From: the human T2T-CHM13v2.0 reference genome, Homo sapiens
Assembly (NCBI GenBank): GCA_009914755.4
Contig: CP068257.2
Coordinates: 21,152,001 to 21,216,000, forward strand
Direction of reading: 5' to 3'
Length of the DNA stretch: 64,000 bases
How positions within the stretch are numbered: the stretch's first letter is position 1; each line of letters starts with the position of its first letter. Made by a program: the position numbers and the translations under genes. Under the pieces are notes generated by a model, which saw nothing but the letters and a program-made list of their open reading frames with translations, searched no databases and was not told the DNA's origin. Below are positions 13,545 through 27,200 of this stretch, piece by piece.

Positions 13545-13960
13545 TGACACAGTGGGGATCTGTGTCCCCACCCAAATCTCATGTCGAATTGTAATCCCCA
13601 ATGTTGGAGGTGGGGCCTGGTGGGAGGTGATTGGATCACGGAAGTGGTTTCTCATGGTTTAATACCATCCCTCTTGCTGCTGTTGTGGCGATAGTGAGTT
13701 CTCATGAGATCTGCTTGTTTAAAAGTGTGTAGTACCTCCTCCCTCTCTTTTCTTCCCCCTGCTCCTCCTAGGTAAGACGACTTACTCTCTCTTTGCCTTC
13801 CGCCATGATTAAAAGCTCCCTGAGGCCTCTCCAGAAGCAGAAGTCGCCATGCTTCCTGTATAGCCTGTGGAACCATGAGCGAATTAAATCTCTTTTCTTT
13901 ATAAATTACCCAGTTTCAGGTATCTCTTTATAGCAGTGCAAGAATAGATGAATACACTGC
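13545..13960 (+). mobile_element. MaLR solo LTR (THE1/MST-type)
   Basis: …tgtgtccccacccaaatctcatgtcgaattgtaatccccaatgttggaggtggggcctggtgggaggtgattggatcac…gccatgattaaaagctccctgaggcctctccagaagcagaagtcgccatgcttcctgtatagcctgtggaaccatgagcgaattaaatctcttttctttataaattacccagtttcaggtatctctttatagcagtgcaagaatagatgaatacac. Confidence 0.8.
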
Positions 13961-15040
13961 TGTAATGTCAATTATATTGGAAATGACTTATTCAGTACCA
14001 CAAACTCTATGAGACATGAGAACTTACTTGCTCACATGAATCTGGATAATTACCAGAACAAAGCAGGTAATAATGTATGTGTGTTAATAGGATATCTTTT
14101 CCCTCTAACATCTTACTTTTTACCAACTTATTAAAGCCTTGAAGTTAAACTTATTAAAATATAACCTACGAAGATTCAAGTATTCCCCATTGACCAACTT
14201 GTTTAAGAATTTTAGAAACTGAACTCTGATCTATTTAAAATGAGTTAATTAGATTTTAAAATTTTCTTACTATTTAACTACTATAATGTTTAAAAAATAT
14301 TGGTGTTCCCAATATTTTAATAACTTATTTGATATAAAATAATTCTTTAAACTAGAGATATAATCACAAGTTCAGACAATTTGTAGCTACTTGGATCGAC
14401 AAATTTCATAGTTACAACTGGGAGCTGATAAAGTTTTGTAATAAATATTATAAAAACACACGTATGAATCCAAATAAGAGACAGCACAAAAATAATGCTA
14501 ATACCATAAGCCTAGTAAGTCTCATTTCTTTTTCTGCATCCAAGGCCTGAAATTATGAGGTTCACATGCAAGACACACTCTCATGTCAAAGAGATTACGG
14601 CAGAAAAATCACTATAGAATTTTATATTGCAACCAACTATTTACTATATTTTTAAGTCATTCTGTATAGCTGTAACATTCAAACTCTAGATGTTAGTTGA
14701 CACCAAATTCCCAGTTAAAGCCATTTCCTCTCCAACTTAATAAAAGGTAATAGAAAGCAATTAAGAATAACATTATTTGAAAAAATTATATATATGTTCT
14801 TTTTCATGAATAAGTTTTGTATAAATTGCATCACTCTGCTTATCATTACAAATAAATTACTTGCTATAATCTTACAAATGATGGTGACAACGAAATGTAC
14901 CAGGAAACCTACAGGTTAATCTACAATTTAAAAGGTATATTTTGCTTATGCATTTCTTTTCCTGACAACTTTCCAACTAGATTGTTTTCAGAGAAAATTC
15001 TTGTGTGAGAATATGTAGTCAAAGATAACAATCCCTATGT

Positions 15041-15417
15041 GCTATGAACTGGGTGTTTTACATCCCTCAAATGTATATGTTGAAGCCCTAACCCTTAATG
15101 GGAAGGTATTTGGAAGTGGGGCCTTTGGAAAGTAATTAGGCCTAGATGATACCATGAGGGTGGGATCCCATGCTGTAACTGGTGTGCTTATAAGAAAAGG
15201 AACAGACATCAGAGCTCTCTTTCTTTCTGCCATGATGTCAGGACACAAAGAGAATGTAGCCATTTGCAAGCCAGAAAAAAAGTCTTCATCAGAAACCAAA
15301 TGATCCAGCACCATGATGGTGGACTTTGCCTTCTCCAAATTTATGAGAAATAAATGCCTGTAAGTCACCCAGGCTGTGGTATTTTGTTACAACAACCACA
15401 GCAGACTAAGACTCTTA
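15041..15417 (+). mobile_element. MaLR-type LTR (MLT1-like)
   Basis: tgctatgaactgggtgttttacatccctcaaatgtatatgttgaagccctaaccc…tttggaagtggggcctttggaaagtaattaggcctagatga…ccagaa…tgagaaataaatgcctgtaagtcacccaggctgtggtattttgttacaacaaccacagcagactaagac. Confidence 0.65.
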
Positions 15418-15505
15418 TAATGATATGTAATGTTTAAAGAAAAATGGGGTGGGCAATTGTTCAGAAGATAGAAGAAGAGAAATGAAGGACAGTATAGTAT
15501 ATTCC

Positions 15506-15800
15506 AGCTGGGCATGGTGGTTTATGCCTGCAATCCCAGCACTTTGGGAGGCTGAGGCAGGAGGATTAGTTGAGCTCAGGAGTTAGAGACCGGCCTGGGC
15601 AAAATGGTGGAACCCCATCTCTACAAAAATACGAAAATTAGCCAGTGTCGTGGGGCATGCCTGTAGTCCCAGCTACTCAGGAGGCTGAGGTGGAAGGATC
15701 TTGGGCCTGGGAGGTGGAGGCTGCAATGAGCCATAATCACACCACTGCACTCAAGCCTGGGCAACAGAACAAGACCCTGTCTCAAAAGGGAAAAAAAGAG
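15506..15800 (+). mobile_element. Alu SINE, sense
   Basis: ctgggcatggtggtttatgcctgcaatcccagcactttgggaggctgaggcaggagg…gcctgggcaacagaacaagaccctgtctcaaaa. Confidence 0.95.
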
Positions 15801-15888
15801 AGAGAGAGAGAGAAGGAAGGAAAGAAGGAAGGAAGGGAGGGAGGGAGGGCAGAGAGAAAGAAGGAAGGGAGGAAGGAAGGAAGGAAGA
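15797..15888 (+). repeat. (GA)n/(GGAA)n microsatellite derived from the Alu tail, with short runs of up to 4 consecutive GGAA
   Basis: gagagagagagagaaggaaggaaagaaggaaggaagggagggagggagggcagagagaaagaaggaagggaggaaggaaggaaggaag. Confidence 0.9.
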
Positions 15889-16112
15889 TATTTTTCAGAA
15901 GCATCGATATGTTAACTGATTTGTCTTGATGATTACAATTTTGTTCATAAGGAAGGATCTCAGTTCCTCCCAAATTCTCTCCTACTTATCTTCTGAACTC
16001 AAACCACAGTGGTTTCTGAGGCAGAACCCAATAACACTTTCAGTTCATCCCAGTCACCTATTGCTACCTCATTTGTAGCCTTTCGGATCAATTATGAAAA
16101 TATTAATACTTA

Positions 16113-16420
16113 GGGAGGCGAGGCACAGTTGCTAACACCTGTAATCCCAGCACTTTGGGAAGCTAAGGCGGGAGAATCAGTTGAGCCCAGAAGTTTGAGA
16201 CCAGCCTGGGCAGCATAGTGAGACTCTGTCCCTACAAAAAAATAAACAAAATTAGGCGAGTGTGGTGGCACACCTATAGTCCTAACTATTCTGCAGGCTG
16301 AGGTGGGAGGATTGCTCACGCCACGGAGGTCAAGGCTGCGGTGAGCCATGATTGCACCACTGCACTCCAGCCTGAGTGACAGAGTGAGACACTGTTCCAA
16401 AAACGAAATAAATAAAATGT
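16113..16420 (+). mobile_element. Alu SINE, sense
   Basis: ggaggcgaggcacagttgctaacacctgtaatcccagcactttgggaagctaaggcgggagaatcagttgagcccag…gtgagccatgattgcaccactgcactccagcctgagtgacagagtgagacactgttccaaaaacgaaataaataaaa. Confidence 0.95.
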
Positions 16421-19400
16421 TTTTAAAAATGAAAATACAGAGAGCACAGCAAACAACAATTCTCATCAGATGACATGCAAACTTAATGGCATTTTTATTT
16501 CACTTCTAGTATCTCTTTCTTCCTTTAAAGCTGTCTTCACAGATTGTTTTTTTCACACAAAAATTTTCTGATTGACCCTACTACCTAGTTTGCAAGCTGA
16601 GAATTCAAAATTTGTGGGAAAATGATATGGATTCAAGCTGAAGAGTTTCTTTGCAGATACTTTTCCCATTAAATTAAAAAAATGGTAAAATATGTGAAGT
16701 TTCTTTTAGGCTTTCTGATTTAGGCTCTAGGTTCCTTTGATTCTAGGAAGGAGAATATAAAAATTTTCATAGCTGCTTCGAATTTTTACTCTCCTTTCTA
16801 AAATAAAATAATATAAAGAAATCTTATGAAAAATGAATGAATTAAAATAGGCTGCCTTTTTATCATGAATATTTCTATTTAAAGTTGCATAGAAAGTCAT
16901 TGAAGTTTATTACGCTCGTTATGAGAAGAGGGTTAATGTCAGAAATTGAGAACTATGCAACAGTTTTTTAAATAAGTATTTTTAAGGCATTTAACCTATA
17001 TGCTAAGATTAAGTTTCCTTGTTATGATTTCACATTTACTAACTTGTTTATATAGATAACTTTTTTCTTCTGTGAGCCAACATATTTTAATTATTTCATT
17101 CATATTATAAAATATCATTTGCCTAATGATACAACAAATACAATTATTACAGATGTCAATGAGTTAAGATTTTCAAAATTTATGTCTTATTTTTACTGTG
17201 GCACTTAACCCTTCATTTAAATATCATTTCATTTTTTTCTTAAAATACCATGTTTCTTCAATGATTTCAGCATATCATATGCAAAAACTTTTGTTTAGAG
17301 AAACTCAGATGAATAATTATGTTCTCATTAAAATGCAACATCTGCAGACATGCTCCTAATTATCCTCCTATCGATTTTCTAGTTGTTTCAGAGAGTGCAA
17401 TGCCTTTCATCATTCTAGAATTAAAGAGTAATACTATTTTCAATTTCTGTAAAATATACGACACTATAAGATAGCTCGCATTCCATGCCACCGCATGGTC
17501 ACAAAAATAATTGCCTGGCAGTTTCCTCTCAAACTCTTCTATATAAAAATGTACAGAAGTATGGTTATTCAATCAAAAGAACACAAGTATAAAAGTTTTT
17601 GGCTGACTCCCTTCTGAACAGCCTCAGATTCATATCTGTAAATGGTAAAATCTACTTTAAAAGATCATTAATTTGTCTTCGCTTGAGAAGTAGTGAGTAC
17701 CAGTAAGCCTAAGTCATTTCACTGAGTCCTTGATCTAGCCTAGAATCTCTACTAAGAGTATTTCCTGAGATGTATTTTGACATTTAATGATATCAGTTCA
17801 CTTGAATATGTTCACAACATAAGTAAGACACTTCAGTTGAAACAAACTTCTAAGGAGTCCGTCTCATGCCTTTAGAGACGCATCTAGGAATAGCAGTTAG
17901 AACTCTGTAGCACACTGCAACAGTCACAGTCTAACATTTCTGACATAACTTAACTCCTCGAATCCTGGTCCTTTATAGCATTCTGGAAAGTTGGAGAGTT
18001 TTATAAATTTTTCTCCTTTGTTTTTTCTTTGTATTGTCATCAAAGACAATTGAGTTTGAAGATGGGGCACTTCAGTCAGATTCAACCCTTTACTTCTGGA
18101 ATGCTGCAAACAACACAAACTTCTGGGAACAAAATCCCTTTCAGTTTCATCAGTGAATCACATAATTGGTTCTTGAGGTTCAGAATATATTTATTATATA
18201 AAGACATTATTTAAAGACAACATGATTGCCATGCGTTACTCATTCATAGATTCCCTCTCCAGGACTTTTTTTTTGTCGAACAACAAAAGGTCTTTTGTGA
18301 CAGACAACAAATCACAAAACTGAACAACATGATTACCGTGAAATCACAAGGCACAAGATTAGTACACAGTGTTACAGAGCAAAATTATGGAGAAAGTTTT
18401 TCTTGATATAGTATGTTGTTTTATCTATAACACAAGTTATTTACTTCAATTTATTTTTGTTTTGTTCTATTATAAACTTTAATGTAAACGTTTGTTCAAC
18501 TTTTACCACAATGATTTAATCCATGAGATTCTTTCACGGTATCTATTTTAATTCAATTGTGCATGAGAACTTATATACATTCACTGATGCTATGTGATTA
18601 TGATTTTCTAGACTACGACCAAATTATTATTGAATATTTACAAAACTGTAATATTCGGAAAAGAAGAAATGCATGTGTGCCTTAAAAAGACACATAAATC
18701 ACATATTAATGAAAAACATACAACTAATTTTAGTAAACAAGACAGAATTAACTTTGAACTTAATTTTGTAAACTACGGTGAAAATACTCCCTTTAGTATC
18801 TTATGTGTAAAAATGCTATTTTTGTCCAAGCACAACAATATGTACAGTATGACAACATATGTTTCTTTATCATCACTGGAGCTGACTTGTTAAGCTGCCA
18901 ATGATTTCAATGGTAATGAGCAGGCAATTTCAGATCCAGTGCAAAAATTCACAAAACATTTTATACCTTTCCTTCTCAGAATGTTAAGCTAGACAATATG
19001 ATGGAGTTACTGAATGTGTCATATATGAGGCTGATTTCTCCAATGACATAACTATATAACTTGAGAATAATTAGAAGGGAGATTAATCACTTTGCTATTA
19101 CTTCAAAGTCACTTGTATGCAATAACGTATTGGAAGCAATACATTAAAAACCAAGACACTTTATGATATGAAAAATATCCAACCTTAATTTCATTTTTTC
19201 AAATTATAGCAATGAAAACACAAACTTACATAACTAAATATTGTATGACTGTACTAAAAGGAAACATATCTATAAACCCAATAAAGCATATATTTCCTTC
19301 TTTGCTACCATTCACCATGAGGTACGGTCATATCTTCTTTGTTCCTCAAGACAGCAGCGAAATACAGTACTCGTTAACTGAGGCAACCAAAACATCTAAT

Positions 19401-19572
19401 TTTTTTTCAGATGTTTATTAAACAGAGTTGAAGTGGTTTCACTACATAATTTACTGTACTAATTATCATAACTTAGAAATTTGCCAGTTGTCTTTTATGT
19501 ATATGTTTGACCTTCCCCTGTGAAATATATTCATGGAATATTTGTTTTTCTCGTAGGCTCTGCATTCTTAAA

Positions 19573-19603
19573 ATTTATTTATTTATTTAGTTAGTTAGTT
19601 AAT
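19573..19603. repeat. (ATTT)n/(TTAG)n short tract, the tail of the adjacent antisense Alu
   Basis: tttatttatttatttagttagttagttaattttt. Confidence 0.7.
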
Positions 19604-19876
19604 TTTTCAGATGGAGTCTCACTCTGTCGCCCAGGCTGGAGTGCAGTGGCGCGATCTTGGCTCACTGCAAGTTGCACTTCCCGGTTTTAAGCAATTATCT
19701 GCTTCAGCCCCCAGAGTAGCTGGGATTACTAGCGCCTGGCTAATTTTTGTACTTTTAGTAGAGAAGGGGGTTTTAGCATCTTGGCCAGGCAGGTCTTGTG
19801 AGCTCTTGACCTCGTGATCCACCCGCCTTGGCCTCCCAAGGTGCTGAGATTACAGGTGTGAGCCACTGAGCCCAGC
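19604..19876 (-). mobile_element. Alu SINE, antisense
   Basis: cagatggagtctcactctgtcgcccaggctggagtgcagtggcgcgatcttggctcactgcaag…cctcccaaggtgctgagattacaggtgtgagccactgagcccagcc. Confidence 0.95.
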
Positions 19877-20814
19877 CAAACTTATTTCTTAAATTAGCTG
19901 TCTAAATATCTATGAGAAAATAAAACTCAATTTAAAAAATAATAATTGAGCCTTACAATTATACAGCAAACTGTCTTTGTTGGTGGTGGTGATTATAAAA
20001 TATATCATTAATTATCTTTTAAAGCACACAGGCCATGGAAAATAAAACCGGAACAAATGTAGCATAAAAATTATTTTTTAGTTTTTTTTTTTATCACAGT
20101 CCATATGCAAGAAAAAGAGAAATGAAAAAAAACAAAAGAAAAACAAAAGAAAACCTTACCAAACACCACTTATATCTGAGACTGTTATAATTCATTTAGA
20201 AAACTGTATTCATGTACTTGGGGAAAGAAAACCATTGTATTCAGCAACATAAACATATACCCCCAGAATACGTTTATTTAATGCATTTTTATCCCCATTT
20301 AATTTGTTAATATTTGAGAGTTTACATTTAGATTTCCAATCTGGAGCATCTTTATAATCTATGAATGGGTTAAAACAATTTAGTTTCTTTTTCCGGATTA
20401 GTAATTGCTCCTAGACTATGAACTTCATAATGGCTGTGGCTTTCTTTTTATATTCTGTTTGCTAACAAAATCCCAGGAACTGAAACATTCCCAGATACGT
20501 AGTAAGTGCTCAATAAATATTTGTTAAGAGTACTGTATTCTTTTTACAATGTCCAACATGTACGATTCCATCTCTTACAATAAAACTGAATGAAAGGTTA
20601 TTGCAACACAAGCTATGGAACTTTTCCACCTCTTGTTTATAACATGCCCATTATTTAAAACTACATGATTTTCCAGAATATTTTTGTGCATTTTCTCCTA
20701 TATCTTATGCCCTTATAAAAAAGAAAGAATACTGTTTATAAAAAACTAATATTTCAAACTAATATTTCACATATGGCGTGCAGATTATACTGTTTCTTTC
20801 AATGAAAACATTTA

Positions 20815-21166
<352 letters not shown>

Positions 21167-22616
21167 TTAATAAGTCAATCAGTAGTTAAGAAACAAAAAT
21201 CAATAATGCTTTTGTTAGGGTAGTAATAAATATAAAATGCAACAGAGGGAATTGCACTCACTGTAAAAACTAAAAAATACTAGGAAATGATGAAAACTAC
21301 ATCGTTAGTATGGTAAGGAAGCTAAAACATTTATTAAAAGAAAAATATAATTGTAACATGTTTTGAAAACAGAAGTATGTAATGCTATCATGGTATTCAT
21401 GGAAACATGACTTGCTGGAAGTTCTACTTAGATGGGTGAGGCTTGGACCCATCCAGGAGCACATCACGATGAGCACAGGATCTTTGGATGGATCATCTTG
21501 AAGTATTTAGCATGCTATTCATCTTTTTTTTCTTTCCTTATTTTTCACCCAAAAGATAAATAATCAAGGACATCAACAAAATGTTCACAATAGATGAAAT
21601 GCTCATGACGGAAGGTAAAATGTTTAAAACTTATCATTTATGTGTCTCACATTAGCAAAAAGAAATGTTAAAATGAAATCCTCGGTGCTGATAAGGATGT
21701 GTTGAACAGACAATTTAAAATAACAGATAACACTGCCTATATCATGTATATTAATAAAGATTTTGAAGGAACGTGTCACTGAGACTATGCAATTCTATCA
21801 TACTCTTTAACATAGCAACATTGAAGATGGGACTCTGTCACTGCGGCAATTTGGATATAAATAAAGTTTATCACAGCGTATTTGATAATAGAGGGAAAAA
21901 CTGGGGGAAAAAACATTAGCCAAGAATGGTGTGTTACATTAAAAAAATGAAGATCACAGAGATAACTTAAAAAGAATGGAAAATTGCTAATACATACTAT
22001 TATTATGCTGTTCACTAACAAAACTCTAGAAACTGGAACATTCCCAGATATGCAGTAAATGCTTTATAAACATGATAAATGTGATAAAAGAGTGGAAGCA
22101 CCTTTTACCTGTGGTTTCTTTATAATTATGTTTTGGAGTTACAGTTGCTATTCCCACCATCACTGGACATTTTACTTGAGAATTTCACAAGGACTGCCCG
22201 TCAATATATAAAAGTACTAGGTTTCCTTAACATGAGAGGGCAATTGTCCATGAATATCTAATACATGCAGGTCTCTTTGTTATTTACTTTAGTTGCAAAA
22301 CCTAGCCATTTGGATGGCCAAGTAACCAACGGTCATCGAGTCCTAACCAAATAGAATAGAAAATAATGGGAATCGGTAAGCAAGTTCCACTTATTTGCTT
22401 TCTCCATGGAAAATAAATGTAACAGTATCTATTGTGTCTGAATATACAACGTAGTCAATGAAAGGTCTTCATTGGGGTTGATAATTGTTGCTTTCAACTT
22501 GCTCAATAGGGAAATGTGGCTGGTGAACACCATGCTCTCACCATCCTACACAAAGTGTTAAATTCTCCACTTTCCTTAGGGTAACAGAAGAAACATGTAA
22601 AAAAAAAATAACTGTC

Positions 22617-23000
22617 TGTGTTAGGCCATTCTTGCATTACTAAAGAGTTCCCAAAACTGGGTAATTTATAAAGAAAGTAAACTTAATTGGCTCATGCTTC
22701 TGCAGGCTTTACAGAAAACATGGTTCTGGTATCTGCTCAGCTTCTGAGAAGGCTTCAGGAAGCTTACAATTGTGGCAGAAGGCAAAGAGGGAGCAGGCAT
22801 AACAGAAGCAACAGAGAGAGAGAGAAAAAAAAAAGAAAGGGAGGGAGAGGGGGAACAGGGTGAGGAAGGTACCACACCAAAATCAGATCTTATGAGAACT
22901 CACTCGCTATTGCAAAGACAGCACCAAGCCATGCAGGCTGTGCCTCCATGATCCAAACACCTCCCACCTAGCCCCACCTCCATTACTGGGGATCACATTG
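22617..23000 (-). mobile_element. MaLR LTR (THE1/MST-type), antisense. It is split by the LTR12 insertion, and its remainder lies at ~24266-24312.
   Basis: Reverse complement of …ctttctttataaattacccagttttgggaactctttagtaatgcaagaatggcctaacac; …ccaaacacctcccacctagccccacctccattactggggatcacat, then the LTR12. After the LTR12 the sequence resumes …acatttgaacatgagatttgggcagagacaaatgtccaaacaatac. Confidence 0.75.
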
Positions 23001-24265
23001 TGTCCGGAATTGGTGGGTTCTTGGTCTCACTGACTTCAAGAATGAAGCCGCGGACCCTTGCGGTGAGTGTTAACAGCTCTTAAGTTGGTGCGTCTGGAGT
23101 TTGTTCCTTCTGATGTTCGGATGTGTTCGGAGTTTCTTCCTTCTGGTGGGTTCATGGTCTCGATGGCTCAGGAGTGCAGCTGCAGACCTTCCCGGTGAGT
23201 GTTACAGCTCATAAAAGCAGTGTGGACCCAAAGAGTGAGCAGTAGCAAGATTTATTGCAAAGAGCGAAAGAACAAAGCTTCCACAGTGTGGAAGGGGACC
23301 CGAGCAGGTTGCCACTGCTGGCTCGGGCAGCCTGCTTTTATTCTCTTATCTGGCCCCACCCACAACCTGCTGATTGATAGAGCTGAGTGGTCTGTTTTGA
23401 CAGGGCGCTGATTGGTGCGTTTACAATCCCTGAGCTAGACACAAAGGTTCTCCAAGTCCCCACCAGAGTAGCTAGATACAGAGTGTGGATTGGTGCATTC
23501 ACAAACCCTGAGCTAGACACAGGGTGCTGACTGGTGTGTTTACAAACCTTGAGCTAGATACAGAGTGCCGACTGGTGTATTTACAATCCCTGAGCTAGAC
23601 ATAAAGGTTCTCCACGTCCCCACCAGACCCAGGAGCCCAGCTGGCTTCACCCAGTGGATCCCACACCGGGGCTGCAGGTGGAGCTGCCTGCCAGTCCCCC
23701 GCAGTGCACCCGCACTCCTCAGCCCTTGGATGGTCGATAGGACTGGGCGCCATGAAGCAGGGGGCGGCGCTCATCAGGGAGGCTCGGGCCGCACAGGAGC
23801 CCACGGAGAGGGTGGGAGGCTCAGGCATGGCGGGCTGCAGGTCCCGAGCCCTGCCCCGCGGGAAGGCAGCTAAGGCCCGGTGAGAAATCGAGCGCAGCGC
23901 CGGGACCCAGTACACCCTCCGCAGCCGCTGGCCCGGGTGCTAAGCCCCTCATTGCCCGGGGCCAGCAGGGCCGGCCGGCTGCTCCGAGTGTGGGGCCCGC
24001 CAAGCCCACGCCCACCCGGAACTCCAGCTGGCCCGCAAGCGCCATGCACAGCCCTGGTTCCCACTCACGCCTCTCCTTCCACACCTCCCTGCAAGCTGAA
24101 GGAGCCGGCTCCGGCCTTGGCCAGCCCAGAAAGGGCCTCCCACAGTGCAGCGGTGGGCTGAAGGGCTCCTCAAGTGCCGCCAAAGGGAGAGCCCAGGCAG
24201 AGGAGGCGCCAAGAGCAAGCGAGGGCTGTGAGGACTGCCAGCACGCTGTCACCTCTGAACATTTG
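23000..24265 (-). mobile_element. Solo LTR12 (HERV9 LTR; LTR12C-like), antisense, nested in the MaLR LTR. The 'acatt' 5 bp target-site duplication is visible.
   Basis: The plus strand starts tgtgtccggaattggtgggttcttggtctcactgacttcaagaatgaagccgcggaccc, the reverse complement of the canonical LTR12 3' end. 'gcaataaatct' (polyA signal) is present on the minus strand. U3 tandem repeats 'gattggtgcrtttacaatccctgagctagaca…' and a GC/CpG-rich 5' half are present. Flanks: …gatcacATT | LTR12 | aACATTtgaacatgag…. Confidence 0.85.
23390..23610 (-). promoter_or_regulatory. LTR12 U3 tandem repeat region (4-5 units of ~40 bp carrying CCAAT, written as GATTGG on the plus strand, and CCACC motifs). It is a candidate NF-Y-type enhancer/promoter module.
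   Basis: Repeated (c/g)tgattggtg(c/t)(g/a)tttacaa(t/a)cc(c/t)tgagctagaca(c/t)a(a/g)(a/g)g… units. LTR12 U3 repeats are known to carry CCAAT/GATA/CCACC motifs and to act as germline or cryptic promoters. Transcription would run towards lower coordinates. Confidence 0.6.
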
Positions 24266-27200
24266 AACATGAGATTTGGGCAGAGACAAATGTCCAAACA
24301 ATACTACTATCTTCTAGTATGTATTTCCTCCAATGGGTGAACATTTTGGTGGAGTAGTTCACTATGTTATTTTATGCAGGAATGTGGGGGAATTATCACA
24401 GTTATTTTTCTGAAACATATATTTTACTTAAAATATTTTAAAAAAGAGAATTGCAAATCAAATTCAACAGGAGTTTTCTCTCTTTGAGAAGGCATTGAAA
24501 TCATAAGTAGCTATGAGCGGTTTCTTTATGCTTTACTGTACTTTTCAAATTTTATATGCTGAACACATATTGTTGTGAAATTCAGGAAAAAAGGAGAGTT
24601 TATAGAAAATAAATAGATTCATACATTCATAGGACAAAAATTGGTTCTTAGCCAATAAATATATTAATATCTTAGGCATAGCTTCTTCATACTGTTTCAT
24701 AATTGATAACTACCTGAGGTTTCCAAAAAATGACATTCAAATAACTTTTAAACATAAAGTTTTTGGGAAGTAGAGAATATTATTATTTCATATAAAAATA
24801 AATGCCTTTAAAATAAATATATAACTAATAAAATCATTTTGCATTTATGTCTGTATTATCAAAAGTTTGGAATAGAAATACATGTATGGATTTTGAACTC
24901 AACCCTATTTATATCTTCTTAAAAATATGTTAAGGAAACCAAGGAAATAAGTAGCTGTTTGTTTTCCCAAAATCCCTTTTTAACAATGATTGGTGATCAC
25001 AACTTTTTCTTTTTTTATTATTATCATTGTTTTATTTGTGTGTATGGTTCCATACGTGCACCTGTGCACGCACATGCATGTTTTAGTCTGTATACTATTA
25101 AACATTCAAATGGATTGAAAACATAGCTTTGATTTTTTTTTATCTCAGTTTTGGTAGGAAAACAAACTGAAGTACTAACTGGTAAAATGATTTTTAATGG
25201 AACATTTTAAAATGATGTTTGGAAAATAAGTGAGATTTTTACAGTCAATGTAATTCCTGGCATCCAGGGAATATACTGAATAGGGAAGAATTTCCCAGGG
25301 TAAACTTTGTGACATGAAGAAGGACCTCCCTTTTGGAATTTAGGAGGAAAACTGGGCTCAATTAAATTATGTATATGTTATGCAAAGAGGATAATTATCT
25401 TGCTCATTTCCATTACTGCTTGGAATTGTAGCAGTTTCTCTTTCTACCACAGTTGAAGATGAATGGGAATGTTGCCTTAATCATTTTCATATTTGAAGAC
25501 CCTTCTTTTCCTTCCATGCTGGCAGCTCTGCCTTAGGTTGGTAATGTCTGTGCCTGTCCAGATGCACAATATGATCAACAGAGGCAAACGCATTTGTTTG
25601 ATTAAACAGAATAAATGAGGTGCCAATAATCTTTCTAGTTTTCTGGCCCTCAGCTGTTATTTATAAGCATTCTGCTTGTGCTGTCATTATTGCATGTCAA
25701 TGCCAGAAAATGTTTATTTTTAATAAATAGCATAATGGTATGTAAAAGCTCACAGAGAAAACAAATATTGAAACAATTCTAATATTCAGATAATACTTAC
25801 TCTGTCATATATTGACAGCTGTTAGACTTTTGACAAGATTATAAATCCCTGTCAAACTTGTCAATAAGTATTGACCAAGTTAACTTTGTCAAGAATCTCC
25901 ATTAGCAAATATGTCAGGAAACTTCCACAAATATAGTCATTCAAAGATGTATTTTATATCTTCAAAGCAAGATGATGTTACAAAGGTAAATATAGGAGTT
26001 TTCAAGGGACACTTTAGCCTTTGAACTTAGACCTTAGTCTTTGAGTGCTAAAGAATTCTTGCCAATTGCAGAAATGTTATTTGTTGTGGAAAGTAAAATA
26101 ACTGAAGGGATTTTATTAATGGAACTTAAAGGTACAGTCGGTTGATTTGAAGGAAGTAAATAAGTGACATTTCCTATCACATGATGAATGTCCAATTAAA
26201 CCTCAAAAGTATTTAAGACAAAGGGATTAAAATAACTATAGTTACAATAATTTGATAATGGATGCATGATATAAAAATGTAAATTGAGACATCACCAACA
26301 TAAAATGTGAGGGGAAGGGAAGTTAAAATGTAGATGATTTTTGTACATAGTTGAAGTTGTTCTCAGCATAATATAGACCATCACAATTATTAAATGTTTT
26401 ACATAAGCCACATAATATCCACAAAGGAAATAAGAAAACCTAAGAGTAGAGACATGAAAAATAAAGAAAAGGGAAATGAAGCATATAACCACAAATCACA
26501 ATAGACTACAGCAACAGAGGAAGAGTAAAACAAATGGCTTGTGAAATAGAAAACAATTAACAAACTGACATTGGTAAGCCCTTGCCTGTTTATCAGTAGT
26601 TACTTTAAAATAAATGAAACAAATTTTCCAATCAAAAGACATAGGTTGGCTGAATTGATTTAAAAAACAAACAAAAGTAAGATCAAACTCTATGCTGTCT
26701 ACAAGGGATTCACTTTAGTTTTAAGGATACACATAGGCTGAAAGTGAAGGGACTGAAAAAGATACTTTGTGCAAACAGTAACCAAAAGAGAAGAGGTAAG
26801 ATTATACCTCTATCAGACAAAACAGACTTTAAGTTAAAAACTGTCCAAAGTAACAAAAAGGTCATTATGTAAAGATAAAATGGTCAGTTTCTTAAGAGGA
26901 TATCGTAATGTTACGATGTATGTAGCCCACACTGGAACTACTAAATATATAAAGCAAATATTAACAGAAATGTAAGCAGAAACCAGAAGCAATAAAATAA
27001 TAGTGGAGAACTTTAGCATTCAACAATAGATAAATCATCCAGACAGAAAATCAATAAGGAAACAGTGAACACCAATAACTCTGTAGTCCATATAACTCTA
27101 TAGTCCAAAAGTATACAAAACATTACATACGACAGCAGCAGAATACCCATTATTTTCAGGAACAACTGAACATTCTGCAAGATAGACCAAATGTTAGTCC

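Noticed and set aside
23565-24340. Cluster of overlapping 90-160 aa ORFs on both strands in a GC-rich segment
   Set aside because: They lie entirely within the CpG-rich 5' half of the antisense LTR12. Open frames on both strands are expected from GC richness. Pro/Ala/Gly/Arg-rich low-complexity translations; not a gene.
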